Source: Adineta vaga (taxonomy: Eukaryota > Animalia > Rotifera). From it: a DNA stretch of 64,000 nucleotides. The first letter of the stretch is position 1. Each line of letters begins with the position of its first letter. Below the pieces are notes generated by a model that saw only the letters and a program-made list of their open reading frames with translations, was not told where the DNA came from and ran no database searches. The stretch is taken from contig CP075495.1 in assembly GCA_021613535.1 (NCBI GenBank), positions 2,046,001 through 2,110,000 on the forward strand. Direction: 5' to 3'. This document shows positions 39,565 to 52,986 of this stretch, piece by piece. The position numbers were made by a program, and so were the translations under genes.

Positions 39565-40423
39565 TCGTTAGGAGATTTGTTTAGATTAGAGAATAAATAT
39601 CATTGAGAGTATATATATATCTGATTTTATAATTGAGAATAACATAGAAGAAACAAAAAAGAAAAAGAAAAATCTAAAAAAAAAAGAAAAAAGAGAAAGA
39701 CCTTTAAAGATCATTGATCGATTCTATCTTTTTATCTTTACCCTTTCTATTTTTACCTAATTATTCTTGGACTATCTTTTGTTTTATTCAACATAGAAAA
39801 TGCTTCTTCTATTCTCAAGAATTCTTATCTATTAACAGTCTTTTTTTTTCTTTTGAAGAAAAAAAGAAACTATATATATAAACGCGTTTCGCCTCATTGT
39901 TTTTGTATAGAATAATCACATGAGAGTAAGAGAGAGAAACGAGACATTTTCTTCGTCTTCTCTTTTGTCGCTGACATTCCGATCTATTCTTGACTAACAA
40001 GTGTCTCGTTATGAGATACGCGTATATAAGATGTCATTAAGACAAGACTCTACAGAACGTTAAAGAAAAAGACAAAAAAAAAGAGGAAGAAGAAGATTGT
40101 ACGAGTAATTTATTTTCCACATATGATTAATCAATCAATTAATGTCAGTTAAATAACAGAAGATTCACTTTTTGATCAAAAAAAAAGAAAGAAAGTAAAC
40201 AAACAAATAATTTTATTCTACCACCAGGTCATTTCATTAATTAATTCTACGAAGATAATAACAATGAATTGAATAACAAAAGAGAAGAAAAAAACGAGTC
40301 ACCCTAAGATATAATTGAATAAAGATTGAAGAGAAAAAAGAAAAAAAAACGTTTTTTGTTGAATAATATTAAGTCAATTAGAGAGATAGACAGATGAAAG
40401 TAAATCTCACGTGCAACATGAAT

Positions 40424-41275
40424 TTATTTTTGTTTCTTTTGTGTAGCATAACCGACTGGTGGACCAACTGAATTTGCATAGGTAGTTGACGAAATACGAT
40501 TGATATAATAAAGAGCAATCATTGAAAAGATAACACTAAAACATAGAAGATTATGTCTAGTCGTTTGATAAGAGTGAAACAAATATGTCATAACAAATAT
40601 ATTGTGACGTATCAATATGAGGAATAGTACATCAAATAACAGTTAATCTATTTTTAGAATATAGAATAGGAAGTTTATCAAAATCACGTATCCTGTCGAA
40701 TGTTTCCATGATTTATGACTGACAAAATTGCTAAATCATATTATTCTTCAGGTTATACCTCTACTGATCATTAGTTTTCCAGATATCGATTGTAACCATT
40801 CAAATAAACTTACCATGTTGTAACACAAACTCGATGAACAAAAGCACAACATATCATTGACATAAATAAGCAAGTAACGACTAAAATAATATTTTCTATT
40901 GAATTCAAATCAATTTTTCTTAACAAATCAGTACCTTCAGGAAAGACTCGTGCTTGAAAATTTTCTCCGAATGTATTCATTTCAAAATTACTTACTGCCT
41001 GCAAAACAAAACGAAATCATTCATATTCAACAATAGTTCATTGTATTATTACCGTTAAGAGCGATACAAAAACTAATGAGCCCATAAAACCACCTGCAAT
41101 AGTCATGGGTTGACTTGAACCAAGTTGATTGCGAAATACTTGCATCGATGCAAATAACAAGAGAGCAATGAGAAGTGAAAAAAGAAATGATGATGCATTA
41201 GAAGCAGCTAGAATTGATTTTAAAGAAAGTTTGTTATATATATTATTTTTTCGAATAAATTTTCTATTTACCCAT
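40424..41275 (-). CDS. KRTCAP2: Keratinocyte-associated protein 2 / OST subunit KCP2
   Basis: LLFASMQVFRNQLGSS..MTIAGGFMGSL...AVSNFE..FGENFQARVFPE...VHRVCVTTC..FS...LYYINRIS. Confidence 0.92.
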
Positions 41276-41392
41276 ATTTGTTCGAAATGAAAAAGTTGAA
41301 TTAAAGTTTTCAATCTAGAAATAGAGGATTTCCGATAAACAAAGTTTATTACATACACAAGAGGACATGAAAAAAGAAAAAATTTATGTTTT

Positions 41393-44300
41393 TTATTTGA
41401 TCTCATATTCATTTGTAAGTTCGAGAACATGATCAAATGCATGAAGATGAACAAGAATAACACGAATTTGTCGAATATTTTCTCTAGAATACAAAAAAAA
41501 GATTAATATCAAGAAAAACTTTCTCTCAATTCATTCATTTCTTACTTATACATTTTGGCATCTTTTTCATTTGCACTAAAAACCAATGTTGAATATTCTT
41601 TAGCCATTTGTTTTAGAAATGAACAGAAATTTTCTAGAGCTGGTAATGTTGTATCTTTCATTTGATTGGCGAGAAGAGTTGTATTATTATCAATCCATTG
41701 TTTGATTGGGAAACATTTTGCTAACAATAAACAACGTGTAATCATTTCATTTGATGGTATATCCATTTGTTTCAATGCTAATAGAATATATCGATTAAGA
41801 AGACCATCAACAGATAAATCAAGAATCGTTTTTAATGATAAAATTTGTGACCAAATTGTTATATTTCCAAGTAATTTTACACAAGTCCAATATTGTCGAA
41901 AGAAAAATTCTGTCGCTACAATAGCCGAATTATTCGATGATGTTCGAGATGAACCAAGTGCAATGATTTCTTTGGGATACAATGGAATGTAGATATCGTC
42001 ATCTATCGAACGTTGTAATCGATCAGCGATAGATTTTAATAAAACCTAATGAATAGAAAAGAAAAAACAAGTAAATGAAATTGATTTCTTATGAAATCTT
42101 ACTTGAACTGTTTTACTATCATCAGTCATTGTTGGATAAGTTTGAAAGATATTTTCAATGAGTTTAACAAGATTATTTGTTTGTTTGGATGATAATGGAT
42201 CGTAAATAGTTTCGATAATAACTAAATAAATAATAAATGATGAGAATAATATAGATGTTTTTCTTTTTGTTAGACACTTTTCTGAATCTATCAATTCTTA
42301 TACTGTGTTATATTAAGTTAACTACAAATAATACAGCGCGTCGCTTTTTGTTTGCTCTGGAAACATCAAAAATGACTAATATTATATCTTTACGATACTT
42401 TATCTCATTACATCAGATGAAGTGACATATCATACTTGTTAGTTTTGGTATAATCACTTTTTCCATAATCAATGGTACAAATTGAAAGTCTTCATTTTGA
42501 TTTTCTCCATCTTTGACTCCATAAAATAACAAATCTTTATACCATTGATATAATTCTAAAGTTTGACAGAACTCTAAAAGAGACGAAGTAAATTATCAAA
42601 TTATTTCGTATTCAATAAGAAAAAAAAACAACTTTACTTCAAACGGTTTCCAATCAATGATTTCTCGTCGTATTAATGGTGAAAATACTTTTGGTAAACA
42701 TACTTCAATATAAGCATCTGTATATGATTCATTCTGTTGATATTTCCATTGTTCAAATATCGTTTTAATCTTTCGATATTTGGAAAATTCATCCGATACA
42801 TCGTCAAGAATATGTTCAGCTTCATTTACAATTTCTTCTATAAGAAACAATTTTGTAAGTGACTTTTTTTATTTTAACTAAATTCTTACGTTTTTGTGTA
42901 GAAAATAGATTAATATCTGATTGATTTTCTTCATCATCAGTTGACATACCATCATAATGTTGATCAGAACTTTGTTCACGATCTTTTCGTCTTCGTAATC
43001 TAAAATGAACGATATTCAATAGATTGACTTCTGTTTGTTTTTGTTGAATTCGAAATCTACCTTCGTGCTTCGCGTTCCGTCGCCCGACGTTGTCGTTTCT
43101 GATCAAGTGCTGTACGAAAATCATTGGTTGTCAATGTTCCATTTACGAATGCCAAGGCTTTTACTAAAAAAAAAAGAAAAAATCATTCTTTTTTTCTTTT
43201 GTTATTAAAAAATACGTGAAATTACCTGTAGAATATTCTGCACATTGATCTTTAACATCTTCTTGTCGACGTGTTACAATCATATCTGTTCTTTGTTTAT
43301 ACAATTGTAACCAACGATCTTCTAAATTACTAATTGTTATCATCTGAAAAGACAAGAAAGAATTCAGAATTTAAATGAATTAATTTCTCTTACTTTTTCA
43401 TTATAACATTCAAGAAATGAATAAACATAAGCACGACATTTTTGATAAAATCGATATGATTTTTCCATTTCAGGATAATTAATACTGTTTGATTCTAATG
43501 ATAGTTGACTTGAATTATATGCTTGTTGAACTTTTTCTAATTCGGTCTTATGTTTTTCATTGGATTCACTTGTTGATTTAAGACTATATAGAACAAATGA
43601 TATTGGTTATGATTTTTCTTTCAAAACATTCGTGATTTAATACATACGAAGTACGTAGACGATCTCGAATATGATCAAATGTTATTGATTGTAATTCAAT
43701 TGGTGGTAATTCACGTGTTATTTCAATCTCCATTGGTTGTGATTCATCCAGCGATGATAATGTATGTTTCATTCCTGATTGAGATTGCTAAAATGACAAA
43801 ATAAACAAGTGATTTAATTGATTTTCGATATATGAAATTTCTAGATCGTAATGAACTAAACTTCTATGAAATAATGAGGATATAGATATACATGGAACTG
43901 TTTCTCTATATTGAAGATTTCTTTCTTTAAATGAATACTGAATGAATGAATGAGTTAAATAAAGCGTAAGAGAAAATCTTACGACGAATAACACCGACTT
44001 GAGATTTGGAAGAAGAGGAAGCCAGTGAATTGATTCCAGACAATTTTGAACCAACACCTTTACGAATTTGTTCATGTTCAAAACGACGAGATTCTTCTTC
44101 ATCTTCATCATTATCACTTCCTATCAAATTTAACACATATATTCAATTGAATAGAAACAAAAATATCTCGTATATGTAATCATAACAAACCTTGTTCTAA
44201 TTCCAAAAATCGATCACGAATTTTTTGACGTTCATTTTCTGCTCGTGATGTATTTCGATCCATACTAACTATATGAGGATCTTCAGGTCCACTATCATCA

Positions 44301-45403
44301 CTCGCATCATTTTCATCATCACTAGAAGGAAAAAGAAACGAAAAGATTTATTCAATTTATTCTTAATCTAATGTTAATAATATCATACCGAACTAGACGA
44401 GATTTTCTATTTGAAGCACCATTTTCAGCAGCAGCAGCAGCAGCAGCATTATTCAAGGATATATAATCACTTGGAACACCCATTTCTCGTGCCATTTGAC
44501 GTCGTTTACGTGCTGCATGAATCATTGTTGAATCAGGAATCACACCACCTAGGAAAATAACGAACTTAAATTGAAATTGATCATTTTATTTGAAATATTT
44601 TACTTCTTAACATTAGTTTGACTGAACGTTGTGTTTCATCAAGTTCTTCAGGATCTTCATCTTCTTCATTACCTTCGTAAACACCTTCAATTTCATCAAA
44701 ATCAACGACATCACCAGTTTGACCATTCAATACTTTCATTTCTTTTCGTAAACGCTACAATAATAGAATAAATACAAAATCATTTATCTTCAATCATAAT
44801 TACTTGTAGATCAGTATTTGTACTAGTAAATGAATTCGATGAAGATTTATTTGGAACTATTTGAAGAGGTTTAACTAGAACGAAATATTCCCAAAAGAAA
44901 TGAATAGAACATATCATTTATTTCTCTTACATTTTATTTCAAGTTCACCATTTGAACTTTCTTCTTTCGCTGTAGGAATATCTTGAACAGTTGTCATTAC
45001 TGTTGTTGTTGTTGTTGTCGTCGTTGTTTGTTCGATCACTATATTTGGCTTAGATTCCTTAGTAATAATTGGTATTTGTTCCTGATGTTTTTTAATTTCC
45101 TTAGCCATTTTACGACTTTCACGTGTTTTATTGACTTTGAATTCTTCTGTATCACCTAATGACAAAATAAATAAATTCCAAAAGAAATCAAATAGAAAGA
45201 AAAAAATAATCTTTACCTTCATCATCACCAAAACTTAATAAAGATTTTGGTATTTCAGACTTTTTAATCACCGTCTTTGTTGTTACTGTTTGTTGTTGAA
45301 TAATAATTGGTGGTTGACTATCGGATACATTTGGTTGATCATCTTCACTAATTTCAACGTCAGTTCGACCACGTAAATTCCGTTGTTTAGGCTTGCGAAA
45401 CAT
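41393..45403 (-). CDS. PAXBP1: PAX3/PAX7-binding protein 1 (GCFC1), multi-exon
   Basis: MFRKPKQRNLR, LLSFGDDE, IPDSTMIHAARKRRQMARE, EQIRKGV, DGMSTDDE, YTDAYIEVCL, FFFRQYWTCVKLLGNI, DGLLNRY. Confidence 0.92.
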
Positions 45404-45679
45404 CTAAATAAGCTTAATGATCTGAAGCGTAAATGTTGTCTTAAACAATATGTCAATCTACATATGAAGAATTATAAATATCTATACACGGAAAAGACAA
45501 ATGAGACGACTAGCCATAGTTAATCAAAAGATAAACTCTGGATAGTTTTGTCATCACTATTTAATTTATTTTACGTAGAACAAAAATAAAGATTCTGATT
45601 TTATTTCTATTAAAAAATAAAAAATAAATTATTGAGAAATTTATATAGATATATATATTTCGCAACGCCATTGAATCCT

Positions 45680-45714
45680 ATTGGTTTATCATTTAGCCAA
45701 TTAGATATGGCAAC
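45680..45714. promoter_or_regulatory. Putative bidirectional promoter core between PAXBP1 and Deltex gene
   Basis: Opposed CCAAT boxes (ATTGG, GCCAAT) followed by an ATGGCAAC RFX half-site, within a 392-bp head-to-head gap. Confidence 0.4.
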
Positions 45715-45795
45715 GGTTTTTCATTGAGTTTTGTGTTTTGTTTGAATCTATGACTGATAGAATAATTCGTTTTTTAGAGAATCTGATTGCAAAAT

Positions 45796-47000
<1,205 letters not shown>

Positions 47001-47737
47001 TATAAATATTACTGATTTTCTCTTTCATTATTTATTTCAAACAATCAAATGATATTTAACTTATCGAAATTAATGCTCAAAATATCGTCCTATTCTAATT
47101 ATTCTTTCTATAGATCTATAGCAATTTTGTTCTTCGATTTTTTTTCTTTTTATATACGATGTTAAATTCAAGAGTGTATCATTCGCTTTCTCTTTTTGTT
47201 TGGACCATGTATTTTCTTCTTCTTTATCTTCTGATACAATATTAATCATGATCAGTTGAAAACTGAACTAAAGATAAATTTTATGAAAAAATTCTTCTTT
47301 GCAAATGTTGATGATCGTCTAATTGTTAATCATTACACAACGAGAACAAATGAAATTCTTTTGCTTGTTGTCGAGAAGAAGAAAAAGAAGAATGTTTTTT
47401 CTTCCTTTGATTTTATCGGATGGACAATATTTGTTGATGTCTTAACTTCGAATTGATCGTTTCGGACCGATTATGTTAAATAAGCTCGATCGTCTTTTTC
47501 ATAAACATAGAATTCTTTTGCATACAGTATACATACATGTAGGCATGTTAAAGGAGAAAAAGAAATTCGTATTGAACGAATGTTGACATAAATGAAAATA
47601 TTTCACGGCCATTATCATTCTTTCATTTTCTTTTCAAGTAAGTCATTTCATTTGATGTTTTTTTAATTCTAATCGATAGATTTTCTTCTTCTATCTACAA
47701 AGAATAAACCAAACGATTATGACATATTAATATCATC

Positions 47738-49582
47738 ATGGATTCACAATCTCGATTGTATGTTTATAGAAATCAATAGATATATGTTTTTATTTAAGAA
47801 ATCATTTTTAGAAGTGGACCTTATACAGAAGGAACAGCTGAATATATTCGAAATGGTGGTCGATATGCTCTAGCAACTGCTGTTCTTGATAGCATCGTGT
47901 TGGTATTTGCTATTGTTATAGCTTTTCTTCTTCGGTTAGTATTGATGAATGAAATATGTTTATATTGAATAATATTACATTCATAGAGCATCGGACATCT
48001 TTCCTGTCCGACAACAACGATTTTTATGTGATGATGCTCGTTATTATCAAGCATATGATGATGCGAATGCGGAACGAAATTATGTTATACTTTCAAATAT
48101 TACTCTTTATATCTTTTGTTTATTCGTTCCAATTATTATCGTAAGAATTGTATATTGTTTTTTCTTTTAATATGATTCATTTTTTTAGATTTCAATCATA
48201 GAACTTATTCGATCATTTACATCCTATAATACATATCGAGCTCGTTTAACAATACGATTTAAAGAATGTTTAGTTCGATCATTATCTCGTATTCTAAAAT
48301 TTAGTTGTATGTTAATAGAAATTAAATAATTCTTTTTCATAAACAAGTCTCTTCTAGCTGTGTTCATTTTTGGTGCATTAACAACTACGATTTTAACAGA
48401 TATTTTAAAAATTATGTCCGGTCGTTTGAGACCATATTTTTTAACACTGTGCAATCCCGATCTGAAATCATGTAATGGAATGGGTATGTATATTTAAATT
48501 ATGAATTAATAAACAATAAGATGATTTAAGGTTTAACTGATGCAGAATTTGTATGTCTTTCAAAAAATATGACTGGATTATTACGAGATGCTCGGTAAAT
48601 GCTCTTTTTTTTTCAAATGAGAATTCATTTGTATATGTATTTATTTAGACTTTCATTTCCATCTTTACATGCTTCATTATCAATGTATAGTGCAGTTTTT
48701 CTTGCGGTAGGGTTAGTTGATATTGTAGGGGATAAAAAACGAGAGATTTTTGTTTAAATAGATTTATTTACATCGAATTATTCGTATAGAACGTGTACGA
48801 ATTGTTAAACCATTTCTTATTATGTCAATTCTTACATTATCAATAGTAGCCGGTGGTGTACGATTAGCGAGTAATAAGAATCATTGGGAAGATGTTGCTG
48901 TCGGATTTACATTAGGAGGATCAATTGCATTATATTTAGTAAGTTTAAAAAGAAAAATACATAGAAATATGAATTCTTATTTATTCTAGATGAAAACTCT
49001 TCAATCATCGAAATCGTATAGTCGATTACCGGAAGCACGTGGTGGCGGTGGTAATTATGATGATTATCAAAGTTATGTTGAAGATCCAAATCAATTCAAT
49101 AAAGAGGTAAATTCTCGTGTTTGATTCTTTTTCAAAATTAATTCAGTAAATGGTCTATAGATGGATGCAACGTATGCTGCTGGAATGATGGATGGTGTTT
49201 ATCAAGCAACTGGCCATAGTATGAGTGGTCCTGAACAATTCTCCTTACAACCAAGTGCATCTCAAGGTAAAATGAAGAACGTTCTCATTGCTTCAATCAT
49301 ATATAAATTGTGATAGGTCATATTGCGGGTGGTTTTGCTCGTCATCGATATGATCTAAAGATTCAAATGCAACAACAACAAGCAGCAGCAGCGGCAGCGG
49401 CGGCTGCAGCGGCACTTGCTGCTCAACAACAAACAACAGATAAATCAGTCACTTCCGTAAGTCGTGGTGAAACAACGAATGGTGGTGTTGTTCAACAGCT
49501 TGTTCATCAAATGCAACATCATCCTCGTGTATCTTCAAGTAGTCAACGTGCAAGTACATCGATGAGTGCAATGATGAGATAA
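47738..49582 (+). CDS. PAP2-family phospholipid phosphatase-related protein (PLPPR-like) with long C-tail
   Basis: C1 KIMSGRLRP, C2 FPSLH, C3 VRLASNKNHWED; six TM segments; polyQ/polyA tail. Confidence 0.82.
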
Positions 49583-49772
49583 GATGGTTATTTACATATA
49601 CATCGATCATATTGAAATTGAACAATGAATATTTTGTGCGTGCGTTGTTACTTTAAGAGAACTTTGAAATCTATTATTAGTAGAATTGTTTTCTTTGTTG
49701 TTTTATTTCATATTTCGAAAAGAAAGATTTATGTGGTAAAAGAAAAACGAATACAATTTGATCTGCAAATAT

Positions 49773-50111
49773 TTATTTAGTATCGTCACTTGAATCTTCA
49801 TCATTACTAATAAGTTCGCTCTGTTCATCAGATGTATCATCAAAACCAACATTAATTACTTTGTTAAGTACATTCTTATCTTCTTCGACTTCAGGTTCAT
49901 TTTGAGAATTGTCGTTCCATTCGTCATCATCATCATTATCGTCGTTGCTATCATCTTTTGTAGATTCCTTTGAAAGATTCAAAAGCTTAGGTTCATCGTT
50001 ATCTTGTTCAGCCAAAGCGTTATTATCTTCATCTAAATCCATATATGAAGGTCGACTTGAAGCTGTGTAGATGCATAAGACAAAGCCAATGATTATTAAG
50101 TATGCGCGCAT
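49773..50111 (-). CDS. Secreted Asp/Glu/Asn-rich protein (112 aa), intronless
   Basis: Signal peptide MRAYLIIIGFVLCIYTASS followed by a highly acidic low-complexity sequence. Confidence 0.7.
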   Translation of the reverse strand: MRAYLIIIGFVLCIYTASSRPSYMDLDEDNNALAEQDNDEPKLLNLSKESTKDDSNDDNDDDDEWNDNSQNEPEVEEDKNVLNKVINVGFDDTSDEQSELISNDEDSSDDTK

Positions 50112-51309
50112 GGTTTGCTTGTTATATGTAGAGTAAGGTTTTTTGTAAATGACGATCGACAAGCGGCATATTCCTTTTTTCCTCCTGTTCTATAAAAGTG
50201 TTTTTTTCTCCATTTACTTTTGCTCTTTCATCTATTGCGTATATATGGCAGGACATAAAGCTACTCATGAAAATTGTACGAAATAGAAGAAAAATATTAT
50301 TCCTGTTTGAAGAAAAAAGAGAACTTCGAGAATACATAGGAATATAATAAACAACTTTCGCACGACAATGTGATGAATGCAAAATGTTTGATGTTGTTTT
50401 TTATTATGTCTAAAAATTCTTACTAAAAAATTCTTTCATTAACAAGATGCAATGAATGAATTATCTTGACAGTATTTGTTTTACATCTTCGAAAATAAAT
50501 AAAAACGGCTCGTCTACCTGATGATCTACAGAACGAACAATTTCTTTTTTATATTCAGAAAATGAAATTACTCGACAATGTGAGATTAATCATAGAGAAT
50601 CTGGTATTTATTTAGTAGGATTTATATTGTTTCTGTTTGAATGTACATGTTAGACAATCAACGAAATATTTCGCTACATTTAGTAAGAATATTAAGTTGA
50701 CTTCGTCTTCTTTATGATGCAATTATGTTTTTATCACATACTTGTATTTTAAGCAAATTATTTGTAAATAAATCATTTGAGATTCATTCGCATAAAATTT
50801 CTATTTATCAAGAATCTATAATAAAAGTCCGAGAGTTTAATTCATCTCTTCTGTGACTAATCATTTTTATGTAAAACGTGAAATTCATCCGTTTTACAGA
50901 TATATATCGAAATTATAATTTGGTTTTAGAACAATTTTGGCGATATTTCTTCTAGAAAAACCCTTTTTGACATTTTCCTTACACGAACTCGTCCAAATAC
51001 AGTTTTTTCTCAATTCTCACAAGATAGTGAAAATCATCCGATAAACTACGACATCTTTAGACAATGTAAATAAGCGGATTATTAAAATAAAAATCTAAGG
51101 ATTTAAGACAAGACAATGAATATCTCATAGAACGATAAAATTCAGATGCATTTGAACTCTGCATTTTACTGCCTTCAAACTTTTTTTTTCACATTATTCA
51201 GATTTCTTTTTTTGCATTATTATTGTGTCAATAATTGCTTTGTCAAACTTTGTACTCACATCTGATTTGACGTGTATTTTAGATTTGAAGATTAGTGTTA
51301 CTCATAAAA

Positions 51310-52392
51310 ATGTCATCAATGCCAACTCGTCAATTAGGTAAAAATGGACCGAATGTATCCGCAATCGGTTATGGAGCAATGGGTCTTTCTGCATTCTACG
51401 GCAAAACTGCTCCCGATGAAGAACGTTTTAAAGTACTCGATCGAGTTATTGAACTCGGTAGTACATATATCGATAGTGCCAATGTCTACGGTGATAGTGA
51501 AGATTTACTTGGAAAATATTTTCAAAAATATCCTCATCAACGTGAAAAAGTTCGACAAAAAGACGAATATATTTCCATATGAATTAGAATTTTTCCTTTC
51601 TAGGTATTTCTTGCTACTAAATTTGGTATAATAACACTTCCGGATGGTAGACGAGATACCCGAGGTGATGCACAATATGTTCATGAACAATGTGAAAAAA
51701 GTTTAAAACGTCTTGGTGTTGATTCTATCGATCTTTATTATGCACATCGTATTGATAGTAAAGTTCCAATTGAAGAAACAATGGGTGCTTTAAAAGATCT
51801 TGTACAAGCAGGCAAAATCAAATATATTGGTCTTTCAGAATGTTCAAGTGATACTTTACGACGAGCTTGTGCTGTTCATCATGTAGCAGCCGTACAAATT
51901 GAATATTCACCATTTAGTTTAGAAATTGAACATGAACAAATTGGTCTTTTAAAAACATGTCGTGAACTTGGTGTTGCTATTGTTTGTTATTCACCATTAG
52001 GTCGTGGTTTACTCGGTGGACAAATCAAAACTCCTGATGATCTCGAAGAAAATGATTATCGACGAATGCTTCCTCGTTTTTCCAAGGAAAATTTTCCAAA
52101 AAATCTTCAATTAGTTGATACATTATCGTCAATCGCTAAGAAGAAAAATTGTACAACTAGTCAATTAACCTTAGCTTGGATTTTAGCTCAAGGTGATGAT
52201 TTTATTGTCATTCCTGGTACAACAAAAATTGCAAATTTAGAAGAAAATGTTGCATCTGCACAAGTTCAATTAACTAAAGAAGAAGAAAAAGAAATTCGAC
52301 AAGCTTGTGAAACTGCCAATATTGTTGGTGGACGTTATCCCGAAGCATTTAGTTCCGTATTATTTGGAAATTCTGCACCAAAAAAAAATTAA
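51310..52392 (+). CDS. Aldo-keto reductase AKR13A/YakC-like (fungal/bacterial type); intron 51550-51603
   Basis: RQLGKNGPNVSAIGYGAMGLS, IDSANVY, FLATKFG, YYAHRID, IGLSE, YSPLGRG, IPGTT; catalytic D/Y/K/H present. Confidence 0.92.
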
Positions 52393-52986
52393 CATCAAAT
52401 AAATTCTATATTTTCTTTTTAAACTTAATTTAAATAAACAGTTTCTGAATTCATTCGAAGAGAGATTAACTAGATTTGGAACAATTGTTCGAAATCTCAT
52501 TGGATTTAAAAAAAGTATTTGATCGTTGTTGATCAATAATGATTACACAGATGCTTTCATCCACACGTCTACTTTGATCTTCATTCTATAATGTGAATAA
52601 AGACGGCGACGACACTAATGAAGAAGAATCTAACTAAACAAGCTACAAATGAGCACAAGTTAATACCTTTTGTTGACAACGATGACAAAGGCAAGATGGA
52701 TCGAAATGTGTGCGTGCTTCTCATTCAAGATAAACAAAATCACTTTCGCTACCTAAATAAAAAGAAAGTGAGCTCTAGTCATTGTTTTATCTCCATCAAT
52801 ATTGATCAATTCGACTGATATTCCTTTCTATCCTAACGTTTTTTTTTCTTCTTTTGTCTCTCTATATGAATGACAAGAAGATCAAGAGAAGATGTGTTAA
52901 TCAACAAACATTCTCTTCAATTGAATACAATAGTATTCATTGTATCTAGCTTAAAGAACATTCTTATTTTTCTTTTCTAGGAAACC

